A stretch of 64,000 nt of DNA. It comes from Geosiphon pyriformis uo1 (lineage: Eukaryota; Fungi; Glomeromycota). This document shows, piece after piece, positions 25,301 through 38,510 of this stretch (positions are counted from its first letter, which is position 1; every line of letters starts with the position of its first letter). The DNA lies in assembly GCA_016748015.1 (NCBI GenBank), contig JAAOMT010000607.1, forward strand, positions 372,001-436,000. Reading direction: 5' to 3'. Below the pieces are notes generated by a model, which was not told the DNA's origin, ran no database searches, and saw nothing but the letters and a program-made list of their open reading frames with translations. Made by a program: the position numbers and the translations under genes.

Positions 25301-27065
25301 TCTCAGCTGGTGCCTGCATCATCCTTTGCTATTTCCTTCTCGTATTAGTGTCAATCCCTCAAACAATTTTTTGGCTGGTGTGGTTCATATTTTTTTTGGG
25401 TGTGATTTGTCTTTGGGTGGCTCTCTGGCTTGTGCTTTTCGCCATTGGTATGGTACTCCTATGTCTTTGGTTCTTGGTGAACCCTGTTTTTTCAAGTGTG
25501 TTTCTTTGCTCAGGTGTTATGGAATTACTTTTGTGGAACAGCTTCATGGCCAAGATAGTAATGTTTTCAGCTGGGGAACCTTCAAGCATTGGAAGAGGCT
25601 GGACCCTTGTGGCCTAATCCCTTTCTGGTTTGATCTTTCCATTCACTTTCTTGGTGATGTTGTTCCCCTCTCCTTGAGTTCTTCTTTGATGGATGGTTAT
25701 GCTGTGTCAGATGTTCATTTTTCTTGTAATTTTGGTGTAGTTTGTAACACTCTGCTGACCATTGATGCTACCTGCCTTTCTGTGTATACGGATGGGTCTC
25801 TGTCTGGTCTAGGCACTATTGACATGAAAGCAGGTGCTGCCATTTTTTTTGAAGACATTAACTTGGGTTTGGGTGTTGGGGTGTCTGGTTTGGTTTTTTC
25901 TACTATGACGGAGCTGCAAGCCATAGCTTTGGCCCTTGAGTGTGTTCCTTCTTCTCATTCAATTGACTTGTTTTCAGATAGCCAAGCCACTTTGGATGCA
26001 TGTGAGTCAGAATTTTTGTTTATTTATCCGGATTTCAGGAACCACTGTTGGATCGAGTGTTGCCATATTACTATTATCATTTGTCGAAAAAATTTGGATG
26101 TGAATTGGGTTAAGATAAAAGGTCATTCAGGTGTCTCAGACAATAAGCATGCTAATGCATTTGCCAAAAACGCTGTTCTATCTGCTTGGCGTCTGCCTCA
26201 TTTAGTCAGTGAACATTTTCTGTGTGCTGATGGTACAGCAGTTTTTGGTAATTCTAGACACTTTGTTTGTGATGTTTTCCGATCAGTTAATCAAGCTCGT
26301 TGGAAAGTTGGAGTTGGTTCTCGCATTGTGGCTGATAGTTTGCATGCTAATATCAATTGGTTTAAGTCTTCTTTGGTGTGGCATACTGATTCTCACTTGG
26401 CCTCCAGTTTCACTAGCATGTGCACGGCAAGCTGTCATACTTACTTTATGAAGGCTTTTCATTATTAGCTTCCTGTTGCTGTGCACAAGCACTTATATAA
26501 TAGGAGATACTCCAGTGTGGTCTGTCTGTTCTGTGGTGATGTTGAAATTTCGGATTACATCTTTTCATGTCCTCAAGATGCCACTGACCATGCTTGTTTG
26601 TTGGACACTTATGCTTCAGCTTGGGAGACTCTTTCTGGTTTATCTCGCTTTTCCTCATGTGTCTTGCAGGTGTTGGCTTCTTGTATTTCTGAGATTAAAA
26701 TTGGTGTTGCTCTGTGTAAGGGCTTTGTTTTTGATGACTGGTTTCATGAGTCTGTCTTGGTTTTTAAAGATTCTAAGGAAGGTGCTAAAAAGATTGTAAG
26801 CTTTGTGTGTGAATTTTGTCTTGTATTTCAGGATGATATCTGGTTGGTCTGTGCCAAACATCAGGTGTTTATGGAGAGGCATAATTTGATACCACATGAT
26901 GGATCCATTCCCATGTCAATTTTTGGTTTGTCTGCTGTGTTTTCGGCTGGTGTGATTAGGTTGTTGGGTGTGGCTGAAGCTTTTGGAGTTAGTTTTGGGT
27001 TTCATAAGCTTTGTTTGTTCTTTTCGGGTATTAAAGACGCAGTTTCTGTGCATATAAGTGTGTAG
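22378..27065 (+). pseudogene. LINE1 ORF2: apurinic endonuclease, reverse transcriptase, RNase H, C-terminal Cys motif
   Basis: IATCNVRG/ETK/GDFN/TDH (APE); GLDQEEVFSPLLW and FVND (FVDD in LINE3) (RT); VYTDGS..ELQAI..FSDSQ..KGHSG (RNase H); CLFCGDVEISD. Confidence 0.92.
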
Positions 27066-29939
27066 TATTGTCCTGGCTAACTTAAGTGGCTGGTCATGTG
27101 TAGAAAGTGCATGATTTGCCCCTAGTTTGGATCGTTTGTATAATGTATAGTGCTAGGTCACATTTGGACCTCATTCATAAAATAAATAAATAAAAATAAA
27201 TAAATAAATAAATAATATAACAAAAAAAATTAATCAAAAATTAATCTAATTTTGATAAAAATTATAAATAATAGAATTGTTTATAATAAAATAATTAAAA
27301 TTATTGATGTCTTATAAGTTTAAAAAATTAAAATTAATAAGTTTTAAAATAAATATAATATTGTATAAAAAGCCTAAATTCAAAATAAATACAAATTCTA
27401 ATTTAATATAATTTAAAAAAAGCAATATTTTTTAAATTAATATGTTATTATTAAATAAAACTAGTAATTTAAATTATGATATTAATATTTTGAACTAAGT
27501 TATAATTCAAATTAATATATTTATTATACAAATAAATTATATAAATTTTTTTAAGTTTATATAATTTTAATTATTTTTATTTAATATATTAATAAAAATA
27601 ATAGATTACATAATTTTTTTTAATAAATTTTGGTATTAAATTAATAAATTAAAAAAATTGTTTTTAATAAAATAATATTTTATTCTTTTAAGTTAACTTT
27701 TATTTGTATTTTTAGTTTTAAAAAATCTAATATTTAAAAATTATAATTTCAATATTTTTTATATTATAAACAAAAAATTTTATATATATTAATGCTTATA
27801 AAAAATTAATTTATCTGAAAAACACATTATTAATTCTCTTTGGTTTAATGTTTATAAATTTCAGTTTATTTTAATTATTTTATTTAGTTTATTTTATTAA
27901 TAATTAATTTTTTTGTATTATAAATTTTAAAAAAAATTTAACTTTTTATCTTCTTAATTTTATGATTATAATTAGAATAAAGAGTAAAAAAGCTATAACC
28001 AATATTTTTCTTGAGATATTTAATAAAATTTCAATCAAAAAAGCTCTTTTTGTTGTAAAAACTATTAAATAAAATGTCTTAAAAGCTTTTTCCTTAAATA
28101 TTTATAATAAAAAATTATTTTTTAACCATTAAAGCATTTTTTTTATTTTTAATTGGTTTTTTTCTGGTCAAAGTCCCTTTAAAAAAACACATTTAAATTA
28201 GTTTTAGTATTGTTTTTATCTTTTTAAAGAGCCCAAAATTTTTTAATAACAGACTAGTCAATAAGCTGGTTTTTTTTTATAGTTTTTATATCAGATACTG
28301 TTAGCATCTTTTTTTTTAAAAAAATGGGAGCAGTTGCTTATTTTTGTTATTATTACACCAAATTTTTTTGTAATTTTCAAATGAGATTTTATATAAAATC
28401 TCTGTTGTATCATTTTAAAATAAGCTAAAATTAACTACTAACTATGTTGTCAAATATAGTGTCTTTTGACAAATTTTTACTGGTTTTAGAAACAAAATAA
28501 TCATCTTTTATAGAGTTATTTGTTCTTAAAAACTAGATTGATCAAATAGAAACTGAATTGTCTTTTCTATTAATTTCTGGTACTACCACTGGTGGTATTT
28601 GAAAAATTATTAGTAGTTATTAAAGATTTGCTAAATAGATGTTTAATACTACTTTCAAAATTAAATTGGCTTATATTAAGATTGTTTTCTAGTCTATACA
28701 TAGTTTTTTAAGTGCAAAGTCAGTATTAAAAGACAATATAAAGCTTTTTTGTATAGAGTTTGCTTTTCAAAAGTTTTTGAAAGCTGTTTTTTTGGTTGAG
28801 CTTACAAGTTCTGTTTATTTAGTTATTTTTAAAATTGTTAAGTTTTTAGTGATTTCTAAATTTGGTTCCTCTTCTGTTGCTGTTGTGCTATATAATATGC
28901 TTTTAAGTCTATCTGTTGTTAATATTAAAACAGTTCTTAATGTGTTTGGTAAAGTTGTTTGTATTATGCTAAAGTCTACTAATATTTAGTAATATGTAGT
29001 TGTTTATTTTGAAAATCTGGTTTTGCTGTATCTATTTTGAATTATTGGTCAGTTTTGGTAAGTAAAAATAGTGTTAAAATTTTCTCTATAATGAATTAAA
29101 ATAAGATTATTCTGTCTTATAAAGATTTAAGACCAAGTTAGTTAACTTTTTTTTTGGTTATACTGTCTTTGAAATTAGTAATATGATTTCTTAAGTTTGT
29201 AATTAAACATGTTTTATTCTTTACTTTCCTAATTCTGATTATTGTTCTTAGTTTGTTTTAGTTATGTTTGGATTTCAAGTGAATTTAAATGCTGCTGTAA
29301 GCAAAACTAGTATCCTAAAAAAGTGATATATCTAATGAAAAATCTCTGGCTATTGATACTGTTTTAGGTATCAAAAAATAAATTATCTGGCTGTAGATTA
29401 TAAAATGTTTTCACCTTTCTTTCTTAAGACTTCTAAGATGTTTACACTTTGTTTTGTTAGCTTTAAGTCTTATGCCAAAGCTTTTACTCCTTTAAGCTTT
29501 TTTGAGTTTTGATTTTTGATGACTTTTGCTCTCTTTTCTGTTGTTATTGATAACTTTTTGGTGCTGTCTTAGTTGTCTTTTTTGAAATTTGATCTGATTA
29601 AACTTTTTACATTGATTAAATTAATTATTAAGCCTATCAGCTCTTTGGTTACTACATTTGAACAGTTTATTAATGATAATTTGGTTTCAAGCAGTGTTTT
29701 TAATCTCAAAATTAATAAACTTATAATTTATTTGGATTTTTTTTAGCAAAGTTGTTGGTAAGTTAGGAAGAAAAGTGGTTTTACTAAAAAAAAAGTGTTG
29801 TATAAATAATATTAACATGTTTGGTAATTCAAATCTTTTAGTTAGTGTTAATAATAATACATTTTTTAATTTGATGTTTTTTTAGACATATAAACCAAAA
29901 ATATTAAAACTAATTACTTAAAAACAGCTAAATAACTGG

Positions 29940-30760
29940 TGTTATTCATAGAAATATAGGAAATATATTAGCATGATTATTAGCCAATCAGAAGTAGGCG
30001 TAATAAAGGTGGAATTCCAGGATTTCTCTCAGAAATTTCAGGATTCCCCAATGAAGAATTACAGGATTCCAGAATTCCAGGATTCCTCTCAAGGGAATTG
30101 CAGAATTCCAGGAATTCCAGAATTCCTGTCGTGAAGAATCAAGGAATTGAGGAATTTCAATTATGTATATATAGCAGTAGTATTAAAAACAGAAAAGATA
30201 GAATTGATACTACAGAATCCTTAGCCTAGAAACAAAATCATCAAATAAATAATTATTTCATATCTCAATTCGCTCTCCACTATCAACCCTTTATGTTGAT
30301 AGTAATTGAAACATAACCATACTGGAACAATAGCTCTTGATCACAGCTATTGACGGGATACTAAATCTGCAAATCACCTTGGCTTATTTCTTTAGATTTC
30401 TTTATTTTTCTTTATTTTTTGTGATTTTGTTATCATGCACTAACCAATTGATTAAAAGCGCTAATTACTGACATCAAGGATTGTCTGGTAAAAGACTCCT
30501 GCAAGAGAGTAGGCCATATACAATAGATATGGAATACTTACCAGAAGATTGCTGGCCACCAAGCCGAGAAAAGAATTGACAGATTTGCAAGTCTGGGAAG
30601 CTACAAATAAAACCATTATTGAATCTCTGTCCATTATACAAAGGACTCCATCAAAACCTTCAGATACAACTCATCCAGAACATCATCAATGAAAATAGCT
30701 TTTGAGCACCAAGTTATGGGTTTTTATTTAATCTAACCAAAGAAATATTCACCTGTAACA
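29940..30760 (+). repeat. 5' LTR of element B
   Basis: TGTTA...TGTAACA ends, CCAAT box at ~29984, GGAATTCCAGGATT repeats at ~30011-30160, TATATATAG at ~30167, AATAAA at ~30244. Confidence 0.93.
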
Positions 30761-30822
30761 TTTGGTGCTTCTTGTGAGATATAATCCTACAGAGAACCAA
30801 CACCAACGACACCAAACCAAAA

Positions 30823-33800
30823 GTGGCAGAATTAGAAAATATAGGAGCAAACTATTTAGGATTTGTGAAATCCTTGTTGCAACAATACAGCCAACAATTA
30901 GGATTGAACAGTAATCATTACCCAGCCGAATCAGCCTTCAACTTTTACATTAACGACAAAATCACTGAATGCTTAGGAGGAACAGTTAACATTGAAGCAG
31001 TAAGAGAAAACTTTTATACAGAATTATTCTAACACACCAACTTACCAAGGAACTATAGTTTTGCACCAATAATCAGAGAAATCAACCAAACTATTGAAAA
31101 GTACACTCAACAACAATTTCCTATTACCTACACAGACAAAGGTAAAAGAAGAATACAAATACCAGCAACAACACCAAAAGGAATACAGTTATCTAGTTGG
31201 GTAGAATCACCAACCGCTCCATCATATTACTACACATTGGGAAGCACTATCAACATCTTATCAGCAGACACGTTCACCTTAAATGCAACATCAACATTTA
31301 GAAGATTTCAGTTCCAAAGCAAACAATGGAAAAAAGACTTGCTAGGACCATATGGAGCATATTTTGAAGGATTTAAATTATGATTACCAACTCCATCAGA
31401 AATTTGATTACCGCTGCCTCAACCAGACTTTGGAACTGCTACTCCATGGGAACTATCTGAAGAAGAAGAGGAAGAAGAAGAGGAAGAAGAATCGGAAGAT
31501 CAAGAATTTACTTATCAAAATCCGATTACTGAAAACCCAGAAGTTAAAACTCCAAATCTTTAAGCTCAGTAAAATCTAAATCTAGAAAATTCGGAAATCA
31601 AAACTCCGAATCATTAAAGGCAGAACAATCCAAACCCCGAATTAATTAATCAGCAAAACTTACCTCCGGTAATTGTCATTGATCAACCACCAATTAATTC
31701 CATAGCCGAACCCATACAACAGCCACTTCAACTACCACCCCAACAACCAGTACAACAACAACTGCTTCAACAGCCACCACAACTACCTAACTTAGATCCA
31801 ATAGCCTACGTACCAATTGCAAAACTTGACAACTTTACTGGCAAAGAGGATGATGCTCAAGTATAGCTGAACAATATAGAAAAGGCCATCACAGCCAATG
31901 GATGGAATGATGCCCGAGCAATGCAAGCCATTCTCTACTTTCTCAAAGATACCGCCAATTCATGGTATCAGAGCTTGGTTAATAAACCACAAGATTTCAA
32001 TGCCTTCAAAGCGGAATTCCTAAGATACTTCAGCAACAATAACAGCATCAATTGCCTAGTCAATACATTCACTACCATGAAACAGGGAGAAACTGAAGCA
32101 GTCACCACTTATTTAGGATGCTTCCATCGAAACTTGTGCCAAATTCAAGCAATTGATGCCAACTATTTCACAGCACCACAGATACTCAATTAGTTTATCT
32201 GTGGCCTGCACAGCAGTATTTTACAACATGTACGTCCATTGCATCCTGGCATTCTTCAAGATGCAGTTACACGCACCAGAGATTTTGAATCTGCTGAGTC
32301 AGAGGCCAACCACGTCTAAGCCATTAACCTAGTAATAAACAGATTATCTGAATTGGATTCCAAATTGGAGAAGTTCAGTAAATCAATTAATAAGAAATTA
32401 AAAGAATACTTAGCTGACAATCACGGCATTTATCAGCCTCCACAATGATGCAATAATCAAGAAAACTCTAATCATAGCCAAAATCAATCACATCTATCAT
32501 CCTTGACAGCACCTAGTTTGACATGACAGCCAGAAACGTGTGTCTGTCACAACTGTGGTAAACAAGACCATATTCAAGTTAATTGCCATACTTATAACAA
32601 CCAACAATCGGGAAATCAATACAAAAACCCTGATCGCTGGTTTTAAACTCCAAATTGTTATCCAAATTACGATCAAGACCAATATTAAAATACTTACCTG
32701 CCAATAATGCAGCAACCAATCTACCAACTGCCAGTGTATCAAATCCCAGTTTATCAACTGCAGCCACCAGCAATTTATCAACAGCAGCCTCCAGTAATTT
32801 ATTAGCCACAGCCCCAAATAATTTATCAGTCTTAACTATCAATCCAAACACCACTCCAAAACTCAGCTATGATAACATCAGGAAACCCAAGACCCAGAAT
32901 TGCTCAAAATTGAAGATCGGCAATAGTTGTTCATCAATTGATTTCCAGTTCCTCTTACCAAAGCTCAGGATCCCGTTCTCAGAATTCGGGTACTGGCGCC
33001 ACCCAACACCCAAATTCCCAAAACTATTTAAGTCTCCTAGTTACTCTAGAAGACGCCACATCCAGCAACTTAGAATCAGACCAACAGACAACACTTACCA
33101 ACAACATCCCACCAGCAACAGTCACCAATGACAAATCATTAGCAGCCATCTTCCCTTTTGAACTGGAGGAACCATCCTGATTACCGTTATTCAGTGGAGC
33201 CACCCTCGAGGAGAAACCCATTACAGCAATGTACACTAATGTGAAAGTAGATGGACATTCAATCAAACTCATCCTTGATAGTGGTTCAGCAGGCAGTATC
33301 ATCACGCAACAACTTATGGACCAATTAGGTCACCGAGTTGATTGGGCTGCTAGTGCTTGTATAATTACTGCTGATGGAGTGACTAAAACTCCAATTGGTA
33401 AGATAGATGACTTCCCATTTGAAGTCAACAGCATCATCACTCCCATCAAAGTCTTGGTGATAGAAGCCACCCAATACCAAGCTCTAGTTGGTAATGTCTG
33501 ACTGTCCAAAACCAATGCCATTCTGGACTGGACAATGCAAGAGCTCCAACTAAGTATCAATGGTCAACACACACATGTGCCAGCCACGTGTGGTTACTTC
33601 AAGAGTTCTTCAAAAGAGGAACCATTGATAGAGCTAGAGGAAGAAAAAAAGTCTATTTGGGAAGCTTTTCAAGTTTTCTGGGCTGATGCTAATTACAATG
33701 AACTACCACTCATACTCTTATGGAATGACAAGGGAAAGAAAAAAGAAGAAAAACTTATCTGGAAACCAAACCTAGGAGCATGGGGTGAGGACAAACTAAG

Positions 33801-36800
33801 TGAATCAACTGCCAAGTAGACCTGGGAAAAAAAAAAAAGAGAAAGAAAAGGAAGACAACCAAGCACCAATTCAGCTTATATCCCATACTCTACGCCACCA
33901 CAAACAGGATACTGTCAACCCAAACTAGTATGCGTTAGTTGTGGTAAGAAATTGTCAACAATGGGCGCATGCTGTAGTAAGGACGAAGAATGGATAACAG
34001 CAACTGAATACTACTGTTGCCCATGCATCCTTGAATGCGATAGATGACCGCCAAAAATGGGAAAATGAGACAGTACTTTGTGTCTAACCTGTGGAGATAC
34101 TATTTTGGATGAAGAAATGTGGAAAAACATTCCTGGAAGAGGGGGAGCATGTGACGAAACATGCCAATACACGATCCTGATTAATGACTGGGTACAAAAG
34201 GGAACTCCAATCAATGACGCCTGGAAGGATACCCACATGACAAAGATGAGATCTGAAAAATAGCATATGCTATGTCTGAAGATGCTACAACAGAGGAGCT
34301 GAGAGAAATTAAGGACAACCCACTATCACTGCCAGAACCAGAATACATCCAAACATTTGATGTCTTTAGCAATGTTGAGGACAATCTGGAAGAATTTCAT
34401 GAACACTACCAGTGACTAGCACTCACAAGAGAAGAACAAGAAGAATGTTTAGCACAGCTAAACACTCAATTATGTGACCATTGTTTGATTCCATGTGACT
34501 TCCAATATTGTAATGAGTGTGACCTTATCTACAATCCACCACCATACATGATCTACACGATCTTCGAAGAAGAAAAACCAATCAGCAGCTGCGCATCAGA
34601 ATTAGAATCACCACTTGATTCTAATTCAAATCTCAACAATGATGATAATGAGAATAATGGTTCCAGTTCTGTTCAAAATGGCAATGACAATGATAACAAT
34701 ATCAACTCAGATTCAAACTCTGACTCAAACTATGAACAATATATTGCACTTTCTGATCTTACCAAGGAACAAGAACTGAAATAATTCAGCAATAATAATG
34801 AAGGTATTATGCCAAAACGTGTGCACAATACTGATGCAGAATTTGATCTGAGATATCCAGGAAAAGATGCCATCAAATTGGAACCACATTTATGCACCTG
34901 CATTGATCTAAAAGTAGCTTTAGAAATTCCAGCAACAACAATGATTCAACTAGCATCTAGGAGTAGTTTAGCAAAAAGAGGGATAAACATCAGAGAAGGA
35001 ATAATTGATGCAGGATATATAGGAAATATCATTGCTATGCTACAAAATGACTCAAAAAAGACCTATATAATAGAGCCCAACAAAAAGATAGCACAGGTAA
35101 TATTCCTGCCTCTGGTTAAAGTAGCTCAGTTAGTATCAGTGGGAAAGAGGAAGGAATTAAGAATAACAGTGAGAGGAATACAGGGATTTGGATCAACAGG
35201 TAGAATAGATATACCAGTTAATATGGCAGAGGAAAAAATTGTTGGCCAAGGAGAAATTATCTTAACTGGTCAAGCTATTTCCATTTCACCATATAACCAG
35301 TACATACTAGCAATAAAAAGGAAGGAAAAAGACCAAGCACAAATTTTTGAAGCAGAAGTCAGTCTTTGTGAATTAGGAGAAGTGGGACTCATCAATCTCC
35401 ACATACCAGCCAAAAATCACAGCCACATCAAAATTTTCATCTACAACAACACAGGAAATGTCATAGTAATACCAGCCAGAACTATCATTGAATACTTAAG
35501 TACTGAAATAAAAAATCAACTACCAAGTACTATTCCAGACTTTCCACAACTTTGTGAATATGTCGATATTATATCACAAACAATATACGGACGAAGTGAA
35601 TGTTATTTGCTCCAACCAGAACAATTAGAACAAATGAACATAAGAAACTTAGATCCACTCCAACGTATGCAACTCAAGATGTTGCTCAATCAGTTCAATA
35701 ACATCTTTGTCAGTAAAAATAAGTTTGGCCGAACTGATATCATTCAGCATCAGATCAAGACTGGAGATGCAATGCCAATTAAACAAAGAGCATACAGAGT
35801 GCTACCAGCCAGCCACGAGATTATTTGTTAAAAGATAACCCAAATGCTTGACAATGGGCTAATTCCATCAATGAGCCCATAGTCATTACCAGTGGTACTC
35901 GTCCATAAGAAAAATGGAAAGATTTGATTTTGTGTGGACTACAAAAAACTCAATGGTGTAATTCGTGGAGACAGCTATCCAACTCCACGAATACAGGAAT
36001 TATTTGATGCTTTTGGTGGGAACAAATGGTTCTCAACATTAGATTTGAACAGTGGTTACTGGCAAGTAGCCATGAATCCGGCCGACAAAGAAAAGACAGC
36101 ATTCACTACTAGAGAAGAGAATTTCAAATTTGAAGTAATGCTATTTGGCTTAACCAATGTCCCAGCGACTTTTCAATGGCTAATGGAAATTGTTTATACT
36201 GGCTTATTGTAGAAATCAGTAGTTGTATACTTGGATGACACCAATGTATTTTCAAAGATGTTTGATGATCATCTTCATCATTTTCAACAAGTGTTCGAAA
36301 GACTAAGAAAAACAGGGCTAAAGTTAAATGCAACAAAGTGCTTCTTTGGCAAGACAGAACTAAAATTCTTGGGACACATAGTTAGCAAAGACAGCATTAA
36401 AATGAATTCGGAGAAAATAGAGATAATAAAGAACTTTTCAGTGCTGATCAATATGACAGAACTGAAATCATTCTTGAGATTCGCCAGCTACTATTGATGT
36501 TTTATCAAGAACTTTTCCAAGATAGTGCAGCCACTCAACCAACTGCAAAACAAAAATACAAAATATGAATGGACAGAAAATCAACAAGAAGCTTTTGATG
36601 TTCTAAAAAGAAAGCTCATCCAAGCTCCAGTACTGATCTATCCAAATTACAGCAAACCATTCATCATCACAACAAATGCATCTGGCCAAGCATTAGGAGC
36701 AGTACTATCACAGAAAGAACCAGATGGCAGAGAACATCCAGTAGCATATGCCAGCAGAGGTTTAACACCAGCCAAAAAGAACTATGGAACACTGGAACAA

Positions 36801-38486
36801 GAACACTTAGCAATATACTGGGCAGTCATGAAATAGAAAGAATACTTGAGCCAGAAGTTTGAAGTGTACACAGATCACAAAGGATTAATATCACTTCAAA
36901 AACAAGAATTTGAAGATGAAAGACAGTCAAGATAGAAAATGGCACTTGCACCATATAATTATACTATACATTATAAAAAATGAAAAGACAATAGAAATGT
37001 GGATGGTTTATTGTGAATGAGACAAATCTAAGGACATTTCAATCCAAAAATATAACAAAACCAAAACAATACCAACAGAAAAATACAACAAAAAATAAAA
37101 TAAAAAATGAACATACAAAAATATCAACAATTGCAAAATTATATAAACACTCAACAGTTCAAGAAGAATTTATCTCAAACGGAATGAAAGAGTATCAAAC
37201 AACAATCAAAATATTTTATCACTCACCAAAATATACTTTATCGGAAAAATAGAAGAGATCCAGATCAACCAACCAGAGTAATTACAGAGCCAAAAAAAGA
37301 GACAATATTATTCAACATGTACTCAAATTCAACAGCAGGACATTTTCACAAAGAAGCAACCATGGAAAGAACCAGAAAGAGATACTATTAACCATCAATG
37401 TATCCAGACATCATTCAATATGTTCAAAATTGTGATGCTTGTCAGCAAAGAGGAGGAACAAGACCCAGTGAACCATTAAGACCAATCAAAGTGGGACAAC
37501 CATTCGACCATGTTGGAATTGATTTAGTTGGACCATTAACAATCACCAGCAGAGGAAACAGATACATAGCAGTAGCTATGGACTATTTCACTAAATGGCC
37601 AGAGGTGAAAGCAATTCAAAGAGCAGATGCAGAATCCGTTGCCAAATTTGTTCATCAGGTTTTAATTTGTTGACATGGATGTCCAAAAGAATTATTATCA
37701 GACCAAGGAACTTATTTTGTAAACAGAACATTAACAGAATTAAGCCAAAGATTTGGAATCAAGAAACCATTATCATCATCATACCATCCACAAACCAATA
37801 GATTAGTAGAAAGATTTAACAAAACATTGTGTGAAGCAATAGCTAAGCTCAGCCAAGAAAACCAGAACAATTGGGATTTGTTTATACCATCAGTACTATT
37901 TGCTTATCAAACAATGAAACAAGATACTACACAAGCAACACTATTTGAATTAGTGTATGGGAGAACAGCAATATTACCAGTAGAGAGAGAAATTAATACA
38001 TATCCAGTTGAACCAATAACAGAAGAAAATTTTCAAGAGACATTGTTGAGAAGAACATATGACTTAATGGAAACATTAGAAAACAAATGAAGAAAAGCAG
38101 CTAATAATATTCAAAAGTCACAAGAAAAACAGAAAGAAAGACACGATAGTCAATTACCAGACAAACCAGTTGAATTCAAAATTAGAGACAAAGTATTACT
38201 ACATTGTACCAAAGCGGAAAAACAATGGAGTGAAAAATTTGACCCCAAATGGGATGGACCATTTCACATAGAAGAAATTCTAGGAAATGGAGCTTACAAA
38301 TTAAGATTGGATAAAATTTTAACCAAAGCAGCACATAGAGATCGACTGAAACCATATCACAACATTACACTACTATCTACCAGTAATATTCTACAATTAG
38401 GAGTACAGAAAATACTAGTCCAACCAGATAAGATTCCATGAGATCTGGAACCAATCATTATTATTGACAACAACACATTAAATTGA
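30823..38486 (+). pseudogene. gag-pol of element B, apparently one long ORF ancestrally
   Basis: Fragments at 30823, 31921, 32938, 33229, 33535 and 34078 share one frame. Knuckle CHNCGKQDHIQVNC at ~32545, protease LILDSGS at ~33268, RT LDLNSGYWQ and YLDD at ~36228, RNase H TNASGQALGAVL, integrase GIDLVGPL..MDYFTKW, and C-terminal PKWDGPF. Confidence 0.94.
34809..35202 (+). pseudogene. dUTPase domain within Gypsy B pol, between protease and RT
   Basis: Motifs DAEFDL (I), SRSSLA (II), GIIDAGYIG (III), KIAQ (IV) and RGIQGFGSTG (V). Confidence 0.93.
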
Positions 38487-38510
38487 TCCATTAAAAGAAT
38501 ATATAAAGAC

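Larger units (their letters stand above)
20301..27205 (+). mobile_element. LINE1: full-length non-LTR retrotransposon (ORF1; ORF2 APE-RT-RNaseH-zinc motif), degenerate
   Basis: (TAAA)n tail at ~27177-27205. TSD about AAATAAATAA (20291-20300 / 27206-27215), single at the left-arm empty site (~14911-14920). The TSD edge is ambiguous because it resembles the tail. Confidence 0.93.

Noticed and set aside
30011-30160. Heat-shock or NF-kB-like elements in the B/C U3 repeats (GGAATTCC, TTCCAGAA)
   Set aside because: Spacing rarely fits nGAAnnTTCn arrays and the factor cannot be assigned. Noted only as enhancer-like repeats.
32497-33131. Overlapping and antisense ORFs with repeats (KLLVAAVDKL / NLSTAATS), also at 54382-54679
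   Set aside because: Shadow frames of the Gln/Pro-rich tandem-repeat region of Gag, with no independent support.
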